DNA of 18,234 nucleotides from an uncultured Janthinobacterium sp. (GCA_964658025.1 CAZZXB010000054.1:1-18234), one strand, 5' to 3'; numbered from the stretch's first letter, positions 1-7,740 are shown. The notes: generated by a model not told the origin, from the sequence alone. Translations and numbers: made by a program.

Positions 1-201
1 CGGTCCGAGCGAGATCGCCGACATGAGCGCCGGCGGAATCGGGTACTGCTGCGTCGTCGCGCCGAAGATCAGCTTGAGGGCCTCTTCGACGATGAGCGCG
101 ATGCCGAACGTCACGAGCAGCTGCGAGGTTGCGTCCTTCGCGTAGAACGGCCGCAGCAGAAACCGGTCGAGCACGATCGCGAAGAACGCGACGGCCGCGA
201 A
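1..201 (-). pseudogene. Internal fragment of a branched-chain amino acid ABC transporter permease (LivH-like). The 5' part is absent and the frame runs off the left edge.
   Basis: Not in the ORF track. Manual translation gives FAAVAFFAIVLDRFLLRPFYAKDATSQLLVTFGIALIVEEALKLIFGATTQQYPIPPALMSAISLGP, matching the LivH pattern (ERxLLRP...LLxTFG+xL++EE...+FG). Upstream of ~202 the frame becomes the antisense shadow of the helicase and lacks the N-terminal NFAHG motif. Confidence 0.7.
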
Positions 202-226
202 AGCATCGTCGAAAACGGCGCGTGCG

Positions 227-1843
227 GTGACGCCGCGCGAGAAGACGCCGCCCGCGGCCGCGACGCCCGCCCTTCCCCCGGCGACGCCGCCCGTCGCGGG
301 CCATCCGTCCGTGACGAAAGGCGCGAGCCCGAAAGCCGAGCGCGTCACCCGCTCGCGCAAACCGCCGAGCCGTGCGATCCGCCCGGCGCCGGAGACGGCC
401 GCGTCGCCCGTCGAGGACGACGTGTACTACGACGTCGCCGTGCTCGAGCGTCCGGACGTCGTCGAAACGCCGGCCGCAGAGTCGGTCGCGGTCGTCGTGG
501 TTCCGGTCCCCGTTCCGGCCGTGCCGAACGACGTGCCGGACGAGACGATCGCGAACGCCTCGGCCGTTCCGAGCGCGCCCGCGGGCGCGCCGCAAACGAC
601 TTCCGCGGAACCCTTTTCGGAGATCTGGGAGCGCATCGACAAAAACGAGAACATCGTCGCGCTCGCGCACGATCTCATCCAGCCGGGCGAGACGTTCACG
701 CTCACGGAAGATCAAGCGCGCGCGGTCACGACGATCGGAAACGATCTCGCGAACGGCCGCTTCGAATTCTTACTGAAGGCGCCGACGGGTTCCGGAAAGA
801 CCGAAGTGATGTTCCGCGTCGCGGTCGCCGAGGCGCTCCGCACGGGCGGATACGTCTGCCTCATCGCGCCGACGCGCGATCTCGTCCGTCAGGATTTCAC
901 CTACTTCAAAGATCGGCTCGAGGGCACCGGACTCACCGTCGCCGAGGTGCACGGCGGCATCTCGCCCGGCGAACGTCGCGCGTCGCTCGAGGGGATCGCG
1001 AACGGGTCGGTCCGTTTCGTGATCGGGAGCGCGATGACGATCGCGAATCGCCCGCTCTGGGAGATCCTGGATCGGAGCGCGCTCACGATCATCGACGACG
1101 TGAACGCCTTCGACGAACGCGAACACCTGCGCTTACTCGAAGACCTCGATTGCCCGTTATTGTTCGCCTCCGCGACGCCCAACGAGTTACGACGTTTTCT
1201 CGAACGCGTCGGTGCGTTCGGTAACGAGATCACGATGCGCGCGATGCCCTTCGACGTGCTTCCCACGAAGATCCACAAGACGCCGGGCGTTTGGGGCGAA
1301 CCGCCGACGGAGCAACTCGCGCGCGCGGACGCGCTCATCCGCGAACACCTCCAGCGCAAGTCGCGGATCTTCGTCATCGCACGGACGCGCGTCGACGTGC
1401 CGAAGCTCGCGAAGCGACTCGAAGACAGTTACGGCCTCCCCGTCCAGCAACTCCGCGGCGATATGGCCGATAGCTCGGAGCATCGCAAGCGGGTCCGACG
1501 TAGCGGCATCAACGTGTACGGCACGACGACGCGCGTCGAGGAGATGCGCAGTTTCCGCGAGGGCGCGCCCGCGATCTTGGCGGCGACGAATCTCGTGGGG
1601 AGCGGGCTCGACATCCCCGCGGCGGACCTCATCGTCGTGACCGATTCCGACGCCTTCGGCGAGAGCGAGATCGAGCAGCTCATCGGTCGCGTGGGTCGTC
1701 GCGAACGTCCGTCCGACGCGGTGTTGCTCACCGAGACGACCTTCGAGAAGAATCCCTCGCGCGCGCTCGGCGCGAGCGGTCGCGCGCAGTCGTTCATGCC
1801 GACGGGGATGCGCTCGAACTCGCTACGCTTCCGGCGGCGGTAA
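227..1843 (+). CDS. RecG/Mfd-like superfamily 2 helicase with a low-complexity Pro/Ala/Val-rich N-terminus; start uncertain
   Basis: LTEDQ (Q motif), APTGSGKT (I), APTRDLVRQ (Ia), IIDDVNAF (II, atypical), SATP (III), LRGDM, ATNLVGSGLDIP (V), EQLIGRVGR (VI). Motif order and spacing follow the RecG motor core. Confidence 0.85.
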   Translation: MTPREKTPPAAATPALPPATPPVAGHPSVTKGASPKAERVTRSRKPPSRAIRPAPETAASPVEDDVYYDVAVLERPDVVETPAAESVAVVVVPVPVPAVPNDVPDETIANASAVPSAPAGAPQTTSAEPFSEIWERIDKNENIVALAHDLIQPGETFTLTEDQARAVTTIGNDLANGRFEFLLKAPTGSGKTEVMFRVAVAEALRTGGYVCLIAPTRDLVRQDFTYFKDRLEGTGLTVAEVHGGISPGERRASLEGIANGSVRFVIGSAMTIANRPLWEILDRSALTIIDDVNAFDEREHLRLLEDLDCPLLFASATPNELRRFLERVGAFGNEITMRAMPFDVLPTKIHKTPGVWGEPPTEQLARADALIREHLQRKSRIFVIARTRVDVPKLAKRLEDSYGLPVQQLRGDMADSSEHRKRVRRSGINVYGTTTRVEEMRSFREGAPAILAATNLVGSGLDIPAADLIVVTDSDAFGESEIEQLIGRVGRRERPSDAVLLTETTFEKNPSRALGASGRAQSFMPTGMRSNSLRFRRR

Positions 1844-1851
1844 CGCCGCTC

Positions 1852-2595
1852 GTGCGCGCGTCCGAGCGCTTCGACGATCTCGCGGACGAGTACGATCGGT
1901 ATCGGATCGGCTACGCCGCGGAAGTGTACGAAGCGCTCGCGGAGCGGGACGTGGCGCCGGGCGCGCGGATCCTCGATCTCGCCTGCGGCACGGGTCTCGT
2001 GGCGGCCGAGCTCGTCGCGCGCGGCTACCGCGTGACGGGCGCCGACGTCTCGGAGCCGATGTTACGGATCGCGCGCGAGCGCGCGCCGGGCGCGACGTTC
2101 GTGACGGCGCGCGCGGAAGCGTTACCGTTCCCGACGTCGTCGTTCGACGCGGCGACGTGCGCGCAGGCGTTTCATTGGTTCGACGAGGCGGCCGCGATCG
2201 CCGAGTTGACGCGCGTCGTCCGTCCCGGCGGGACGATCGCGATCTGGTCGAAGGCGCTCATCCGCGGCGACGTCGTCCGACTCATTCGGGACGAGGTGAT
2301 CCGCGAACTCGAGCTCCCGCCGCTCGACGATCGCTCGCGTAGCGATTTCGCCGCGTTCGACGAGTCGACGCTCGTCGCGAAAACCTTGCGCGTCGTTCCG
2401 TGGATCGTCTCGCGTTCCGTCGACGAGGTCGTCGGCTCCGAACGGTCGCGCGCGCGCGTCCGCTCCGCCTACGGCGATCGGACGGAATCGTATCTGACGC
2501 TCTTGCGCGAGCGGCTCGCGAAACTCGACGGCGATCTCTCGCTCGCGTACGTGCAACTCGTCTATTTCGGACGGGTCCCCGCCCCGAGATTCTAG
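1852..2595 (+). CDS. Class I SAM-dependent methyltransferase
   Basis: ILDLACGTG motif I, GADVSEPML, AEALPF..SFDA, AQAFHW, RVVRPGG. GTG start 8 nt after the helicase stop. Confidence 0.92.
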   Translation: MRASERFDDLADEYDRYRIGYAAEVYEALAERDVAPGARILDLACGTGLVAAELVARGYRVTGADVSEPMLRIARERAPGATFVTARAEALPFPTSSFDAATCAQAFHWFDEAAAIAELTRVVRPGGTIAIWSKALIRGDVVRLIRDEVIRELELPPLDDRSRSDFAAFDESTLVAKTLRVVPWIVSRSVDEVVGSERSRARVRSAYGDRTESYLTLLRERLAKLDGDLSLAYVQLVYFGRVPAPRF

Positions 2596-2650
2596 CCGCG
2601 GCGCGGTCGGATGCCGGGCGCGCGCGATCGCTCGGAACGCGCGACGCGGA

Positions 2651-3112
2651 TCACGCGCGTTCGCGCACGATCGTTTCCACCCCGATACCGTAGGCGAGAT
2701 GGGAGGCGAGCGCGTTGAGTCGTTCGGTCCGCGAATACCGCGCGCCGCGTCGGCCGAGTCGTGCCGCCGGGATGAGGATGACGTCGCTCGCGAGCCAGAG
2801 CGCGACGCCGAACGCCGTACCGTTTCCGAGCGCGATCTTCGGCGCGCGCGCTCGGAGGGACGCGTACGCGAACGCGAACGCGCATCCGAAGACGTAGTGC
2901 ACGGCCCGTCCCATCGTGCGCGGATGCGTGCGCGCGAGATCGCCGGGAACGAGCGGCGCGACGAACTTCACGACCGAAACGATCGCGTCGGTCTCTTCGT
3001 CGTGGAGATCGGGATTGCGCCGTCGTTCGAACGCGAGCGTCCAGGCCGCTTGGACGACGTCCATGGCGAACGAGGCGACCGTGCCGCCGAGGACGATGCG
3101 AGAGGCGCGCAC
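2651..3112 (-). CDS. DUF1440/YagU-like membrane protein
   Basis: C-terminal part of track ORF 2651..3931. It has GGTVASFAMD, VHYVFGCAFAFAY, GTAFGVALWLASD...P and LASHLAYG, with several hydrophobic helices. GTG at 3112 lies 8 nt after the upstream stop. Confidence 0.75.
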   Translation of the reverse strand: MRASRIVLGGTVASFAMDVVQAAWTLAFERRRNPDLHDEETDAIVSVVKFVAPLVPGDLARTHPRTMGRAVHYVFGCAFAFAYASLRARAPKIALGNGTAFGVALWLASDVILIPAARLGRRGARYSRTERLNALASHLAYGIGVETIVRERA

Positions 3113-3120
3113 GATGGGGC

Positions 3121-3450
3121 CTACGCTCTTTTCTTTCCGAACGCGAAGCGACGGATGCCGAGCAGTCGGGCGAACGTCGACGGGCGGACGCCGCGCCCGA
3201 TCTCGAAAAGCGTTTCGCCGTCGCGCGTCACGGCGAGCGACAGCGCGCCGTCGTCGAGCGCGCGCGACGCGCGACGGAGGAGGACGATCGTCGAACCGAT
3301 CAGACGCAGGTTCGGCTTCGGGCGCCCGAACGCGCCGATCTCGGCGACGATCCGCGAGCCGTCGCCGGAGACCACGACGGTCCGCCCGAGTTCGTCCGCG
3401 AAATCGAGGCGACCGTCGAAGGCGAGGCGCGGCGCCGGATCCTCGGTTAT
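3121..3450 (-). CDS. Hypothetical protein (~109 aa), possible ATA start; the alternative GTG at 3375 gives 84 aa
   Basis: C-terminal part of track ORF 3121..3762 (TEDPAPRLAFDGRLDFADELGRTVVVSGDG...). It fills the gap between two same-strand genes, and ATA (3450-3448) overlaps the upstream TAA. Confidence 0.6.
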   Translation of the reverse strand: MTEDPAPRLAFDGRLDFADELGRTVVVSGDGSRIVAEIGAFGRPKPNLRLIGSTIVLLRRASRALDDGALSLAVTRDGETLFEIGRGVRPSTFARLLGIRRFAFGKKRA

Positions 3451-3647
3451 TTCGCTTCCGAGGTGCGGATGCGCATCGTGCCGTTGACCTTCCACTGCGC
3501 GGACGCCGCGTCGTGCGAGGTCGAACTCGGTACCCACACCTGCATGTTGTCGAAGGTGTATTCGATCGTGGCACCGCGGCCGGTGAGGAAGCTGTAGAGC
3601 CCTTCGGCGAGCTCGGGCCACGTCGTCGTCGGTTTGGTCTCGACCAT
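3447..3647 (-). CDS. Small protein of unknown function (66 aa)
   Basis: MVETKPTTTWPELAEGLYSFLTGRGATIEYTFDNMQVWVPSSTSHDAASAQWKVNGTMRIRTSEAK, the tail of track ORF 3447..4607. GGGAG Shine-Dalgarno upstream of the ATG. Composition is protein-like, unlike the Arg-rich shadow frames. Confidence 0.8.
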   Translation of the reverse strand: MVETKPTTTWPELAEGLYSFLTGRGATIEYTFDNMQVWVPSSTSHDAASAQWKVNGTMRIRTSEAK

Positions 3648-3760
3648 GAAGTTTCTCCCGTGTGTCGGTAGGGGCGAATGAGGCGCGCCGCCCGTTCGAC
3701 GCCGTGTCCGTTCGAAACGTAACGGGAGCCGTCGGCGGCGACCCGGAGAAACGTATCGGC

Positions 3761-4549
3761 ATGGAGCCGTTCGTCGCGGGGCTGTACGTCTACCCAATAA
3801 AAGCGCTCGACGGCGCGCGCGTCCGTCGCGTTTCGATCGTGGGCCGCGGTGCGCTCGGGCACGACCGGGAGTTCGGCATCGTCGACGCGCGCGGATCGTG
3901 GGTGAACGGCAAACGCGAACCGCTCGTCCACGCCTTACGCGTGACGTACGACGACGCGCGGCCGACGCGCGCCGCGTTTCACAGCGATCGCACGGGCTCG
4001 CGTTTTTCGTTCGACTTCGAGGACGCGCCGCACGGACTCGAAACGTGGCTCGGCGAGCATTTCTCCTATCCGGTTCGGCTACGCCGCGACGAGCGCGGCG
4101 GATTTCCCGACGATACGCGCGCGCCGGGACCGACGATCGTTTCGACGGCGACGCTCGAGGCCGTCGCGTCGTGGTTCCCCGAACTCGACGTCGCGAACGT
4201 CCGGCGCCGTCTGCGCGCGAACGTCGAGATCGGCGGCGTCCCGGCGTTCTGGGAGGACGGCCTGTTCGGTCCCGCCGGGGGCGCGAACCCGTTCTCGATC
4301 GGCGACGTCGTGCTCGTGGGGACGAACCCGTGCGCGCGTTGCGTCGTCCCGTCGCGCGATCCGGCCACGGGCGAGACGCTCGCGAACTTCGCGAAGATCG
4401 TCGCCGAGCGGCGCGCGGCGACGCTTCCCGCGTGGGCCGACCGGAGCCGCTTCGATCATTTCTATCGTCTGACGACGAACACGACGGTCGCCGAGACCGA
4501 GGTCGGAAAATCGCTCGAGCTCGCGGACTCGGTCCGCACCGAGCCGTAG
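3761..4549 (+). CDS. MOSC domain protein (YcbX/mARC-like) with N-terminal beta-barrel
   Basis: LYVYPIK, DREFGIVD, GFPDD...PTIVS, RLRANV, EDGL and PCARC (Moco-ligating Cys motif). ATG 3761 is preceded by GGAG. Confidence 0.9.
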   Translation: MEPFVAGLYVYPIKALDGARVRRVSIVGRGALGHDREFGIVDARGSWVNGKREPLVHALRVTYDDARPTRAAFHSDRTGSRFSFDFEDAPHGLETWLGEHFSYPVRLRRDERGGFPDDTRAPGPTIVSTATLEAVASWFPELDVANVRRRLRANVEIGGVPAFWEDGLFGPAGGANPFSIGDVVLVGTNPCARCVVPSRDPATGETLANFAKIVAERRAATLPAWADRSRFDHFYRLTTNTTVAETEVGKSLELADSVRTEP

Positions 4550-4572
4550 GCGCTCCCCGCCCGACGTCAAAC
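4548..4572 (+). promoter_or_regulatory. Candidate alternative-sigma promoter for nfo (AGGC-N17-AAAC-N9-ATG)
   Basis: Same architecture as the sites before the 8361 gene and ubiX. No Shine-Dalgarno is visible. Confidence 0.3.
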
Positions 4573-4581
4573 CCCGCGACT

Positions 4582-5427
4582 ATGTTTTTCGGACTGCACG
4601 TCGGCACGTCCGCCGGCTACGAGGCGGCGATCGCCTACGCGCGCGGACTCGGCTGTACGGCGATGCAGATCTTCTCGGGAAACCCGAAGACGTACCGCGT
4701 CGCGCCGATCGACGTCGCGGCCCAGGAGCGTTTTCGCGACGCGCGGCTCGCCGCCGGAATCGAGCGGACGGCGATCCACACGTCGTACCTCATCAATCTC
4801 GCGAGCGAGGATCCGAAGATCGCGACGAACTCGTTGCGGTTGCTCGAGAACGATCTCGCGGTCGCGGCGGCGGGCGAGATCGCCTTCGTGAACACGCACC
4901 TCGGCTCGTACGGCAAGCGGGATCGCGCGGAAGGCTTCGCGGCCGTCGTCGCGGCGCTCGAACGCGCGCTCGAGAACATCCGGCCGGGCGTCTTTCTCGT
5001 GCTCGAGAATTCGGCGGGTGCGGGTCAGCTCTGCGGCGGCACGCTCGACGAACTCGGGCGGATCGCGCGCGCCGTCGACCATCCGCAACTCGGCATCTGC
5101 CTCGACACCGCGCACTCGTGGGCCGCGGGCTACGCGATCGATTCGACCGACGGCGTCGCGCGCTTCGTCGCGGAGGCGGAGGAGACGGTCACGCTCGAGC
5201 GCGTGAAGATGTTCCATTTCAACGACACGCAGATTCCGCTCGGCGGCAATCGCGACCGCCACTGGCACATCGGCGAGGGCTTGATCGGATTCGCCGGATT
5301 CCGCGCGCTCGCCGCCCACCCGGAACTGCGCGGAAAGACGGCGATCCTGGAGACGCCCGGCGAAGACGCCGACGACGCGCGGAACATGGCGTCGATCCGT
5401 TTGATCTTCGAGGGCGCGCACGCGTGA
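4582..5427 (+). CDS. nfo: Endonuclease IV (AP endonuclease family 2)
   Basis: GLHV, QIFSGNP, IHTSYLINLAS, THLG, LENSAG, CLDTAH, HFND, DRH.HIGEG, ILETP. The expected zinc-ligand residues are present. Confidence 0.96.
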   Translation: MFFGLHVGTSAGYEAAIAYARGLGCTAMQIFSGNPKTYRVAPIDVAAQERFRDARLAAGIERTAIHTSYLINLASEDPKIATNSLRLLENDLAVAAAGEIAFVNTHLGSYGKRDRAEGFAAVVAALERALENIRPGVFLVLENSAGAGQLCGGTLDELGRIARAVDHPQLGICLDTAHSWAAGYAIDSTDGVARFVAEAEETVTLERVKMFHFNDTQIPLGGNRDRHWHIGEGLIGFAGFRALAAHPELRGKTAILETPGEDADDARNMASIRLIFEGAHA

Positions 5428-5918
5428 CGCGTCTGGGCGAGCGCGTCGCGATCGTCGGCGCCGACGACGCGTTCCACACGGCGCTCCGCGCGCGCTACGG
5501 CATGCGTCCCGGCGGCTCGGCGCGCGCGCCGGATTCCGATCTCGCGTATCTCGGCCACGACTTTCGCGCCTACGATTATTTCAGCATCGCCGAAGCGTCG
5601 CGTTTCTACGCCGCGCTCGAACGGCGGTGGGATGCGGGCGTGCTCGCGCGCTATCTCGCGATCGCGGGGCTCGAACCGCGCTTCGAGATCAAACGGATGA
5701 AGCGCGCGTACCAGCGCGCGCTCGTGCTCTGCTTCGCGCTCGCGACGTCGCCCGAGCGCCTCGTCGTCGAACTCGGCGAGGAATTCGACGAGCCGCCGAC
5801 GCGCGCGTTACTGGAACGCGCGACCGAGAGCGTCTCGCACGCGCTCGTGACGTTCGCGTCGGCCGACGGGGATCTCGCCTGGTTCGACGACGTCGTCCCG
5901 GCGGCGAGCGCGCTGTGA
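5424..5918 (+). CDS. Degenerate ABC-transporter ATP-binding-like protein (164 aa)
   Basis: GTGA overlaps at both ends. It follows the ABC-2 NBD scaffold (VAIVG; LAYLGHD..AYDYFSIAEASRFYAA...WD; IKRMKRAYQRALVLCFALATSPERLVVE) but has no Walker A, signature or Walker B consensus. Confidence 0.7.
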   Translation: MTRLGERVAIVGADDAFHTALRARYGMRPGGSARAPDSDLAYLGHDFRAYDYFSIAEASRFYAALERRWDAGVLARYLAIAGLEPRFEIKRMKRAYQRALVLCFALATSPERLVVELGEEFDEPPTRALLERATESVSHALVTFASADGDLAWFDDVVPAASAL

Positions 5919-6670
5919 TCCGCGAGATCTCGCGCAAGGAATACGTCGAGCGCAAACCGCTGCTCGGCATCGCGTTCGCGATGGTCCTCGCGCTCACCGC
6001 GGCGTTGCCGAACATCTTCTCGTATTCGCTCGCGCACGCGATGCGCGCGATCGGCAACGATACGGCGGAGAGCGTGTTGCTCAACTTCCGGTCCTATCAG
6101 GTGTTCGTCGAGTCGGATTGGCTCGCGCGCAATCTCTCGCGGATCCTCTGCCTCCTCGCGCTGTTATCGGCGTCGGGCGCGATCGCGGGCGAGCGCGAGG
6201 CGCGGACGCTACCGTTACTGTACACGTCGTCCGTCCGTCTGCGCAGCGTCGTCTTCGTGAAGTTCGGATTTTTCGCGGCGTGGTTGTTCCTCGTGACGTT
6301 CGCGAGTTTCGCCGTGCTCACCGCGCTCTCGCTCGTGGAGAAGTATTCGCTCGGCGTCGCGGAGGTCGGGCTCGCGTCGTTCGTCGCGTGGACGAACGCG
6401 CTCGCGTTTCTCGGCGTCGTGTTCGCGGCGAGCGCGTTCTCGCGGCGGACCGTCGTCGCGGGGGGTGCGGCGCTCGTCTGCGGTTTCGCGATCGCGGGCG
6501 CGCTCGCGGCGTTCGGGCTCAACGGGACGGCGCTCGCGACGAATCTGTTCGCGGCCGACGGCGGCGTGCTCTGGTCGAATGCGGTGGTCGACGTCCTCGC
6601 CGCCGCCGCGATCGCGACGCTCGGACTCGTCGCGGCGCTCTTCGAGGTCGATCGCCGCCGAGCGACGTGA
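5915..6670 (+). CDS. ABC-2 type transporter permease
   Basis: N-terminal RKEY, the motif GAIAGEREARTLPLLYTSSVRLRSVVFVKF, and about six hydrophobic segments. GTG overlaps the upstream TGA. Confidence 0.88.
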   Translation: MIREISRKEYVERKPLLGIAFAMVLALTAALPNIFSYSLAHAMRAIGNDTAESVLLNFRSYQVFVESDWLARNLSRILCLLALLSASGAIAGEREARTLPLLYTSSVRLRSVVFVKFGFFAAWLFLVTFASFAVLTALSLVEKYSLGVAEVGLASFVAWTNALAFLGVVFAASAFSRRTVVAGGAALVCGFAIAGALAAFGLNGTALATNLFAADGGVLWSNAVVDVLAAAAIATLGLVAALFEVDRRRAT

Positions 6671-6680
6671 GACGCGTCGC

Positions 6681-7730
6681 GTGATCGCGCATTTCGACAT
6701 CGACGCGTTCTACGCGAGCGTCGCGCAACGCGACGATCCGGCGCTCCGCGGCGTGCCGCTCGCGATCGCCGGGAGCGGACGACGGTCGGTCGTGCTCACC
6801 GCATCGTACGAGGCGCGACCGTTCGGCGTGCGCTCCGCGATGCCGCTCTTCAAGGCGAAGATGGCGTGTCCGGGTCTCGTCGTCGCGCCGCCGAACTTTC
6901 CGCGCTATCGCGAACTCTCGCGCGCGGTCTTCGCGATCTTCGCGCGGTACGCGACGGCGGTCGAGGGGTTGTCGCTCGACGAAGCGTTTCTCGCGTTCGC
7001 GACCGCCGACGTCGACGAAGCGGTCGCGCGCGCGTCGGCCGTGCGCGACGCCGTGCGCGCCGAAGTCGGACTCACCGTGAGCGCGGGCGTCGCCGCGCAG
7101 AAGATGGTCGCGAAGATCGCGAGCGACGCCGCGAAACCCGACGGTCTCGCCTTCGTACCGCCGGGGACGGAAGCGGCCTATCTCGCGCCGATGCCCGTCG
7201 CGCGGCTGTGGGGCGTGGGACCGAAAACCTACGCGCGCCTCGCGTTACAGGGGATCGAGACGATCGGCCAACTCGCCGAGCTCAGCGACGCGCGCGCCTT
7301 CGAACTCTTCGGTCGCGGCGGGCGCGACGTGCGCGAACTCGCGCGCGGGCGCGACGGACGCGCCGTCGTCTCCGAGCGCGAGACGCGATCCGTGTCGACC
7401 GAATCGACGTTCGAGTACGACGTGCGCGACGGAGCCGAACTCGCGCGCATCTTCGCCGACGCCTCGCGCGAACTCGCGGATCGCCTGCGCGCGGCGGGGT
7501 TACGCGGCGCGACGATCGGCATCAAACTCAAACTCTCGAATTTCGAGATCCTCGTCCGTCAGACGCGCCTCGCCGAACCGACCGACGACGCGCACGCGAT
7601 CGAGGCCGCGGTCCGCCGCTGTCTCGAACGCGCCGAACTCGCCGGCCGCGCCGTTCGCCTCGCGGGCGTCCGCGCCGCATCGCTCGTCGAGCGCGACGCC
7701 GCGACGCAGTTATCGTTTTTCGGCTCGTGA
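6681..7730 (+). CDS. dinB: DNA polymerase IV (Y family)
   Basis: IAHFDIDAFYASV, ASYEARPFGVRSAMP, SLDEAFL, AKIASDAAKPDG, LWGVG, VRLAGV, and a C-terminal beta-clamp motif QLSFF. Confidence 0.96.
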   Translation: MIAHFDIDAFYASVAQRDDPALRGVPLAIAGSGRRSVVLTASYEARPFGVRSAMPLFKAKMACPGLVVAPPNFPRYRELSRAVFAIFARYATAVEGLSLDEAFLAFATADVDEAVARASAVRDAVRAEVGLTVSAGVAAQKMVAKIASDAAKPDGLAFVPPGTEAAYLAPMPVARLWGVGPKTYARLALQGIETIGQLAELSDARAFELFGRGGRDVRELARGRDGRAVVSERETRSVSTESTFEYDVRDGAELARIFADASRELADRLRAAGLRGATIGIKLKLSNFEILVRQTRLAEPTDDAHAIEAAVRRCLERAELAGRAVRLAGVRAASLVERDAATQLSFFGS

Positions 7731-7740
7731 GGTCGGCGGA

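Noticed and set aside
227..2595. Helicase plus methyltransferase as a restriction-modification or defence system
   Set aside because: The methyltransferase lacks DNA-MTase catalytic motifs (DPPY/NPPY or PC) and looks like a small-molecule class I enzyme. No nuclease is adjacent.
4550..6680. LexA (SOS) box upstream of nfo or dinB
   Set aside because: I saw no GAAC-N4-GTTC or CTGT-N8-ACAG in the short gaps before these genes. A lineage-specific box cannot be excluded.
6711..6730. DinB FYASVA instead of the usual FYASVE
   Set aside because: The catalytic acidic residues (D in FDID, and SLDE) and the clamp motif are intact, so a single substitution does not show inactivation.
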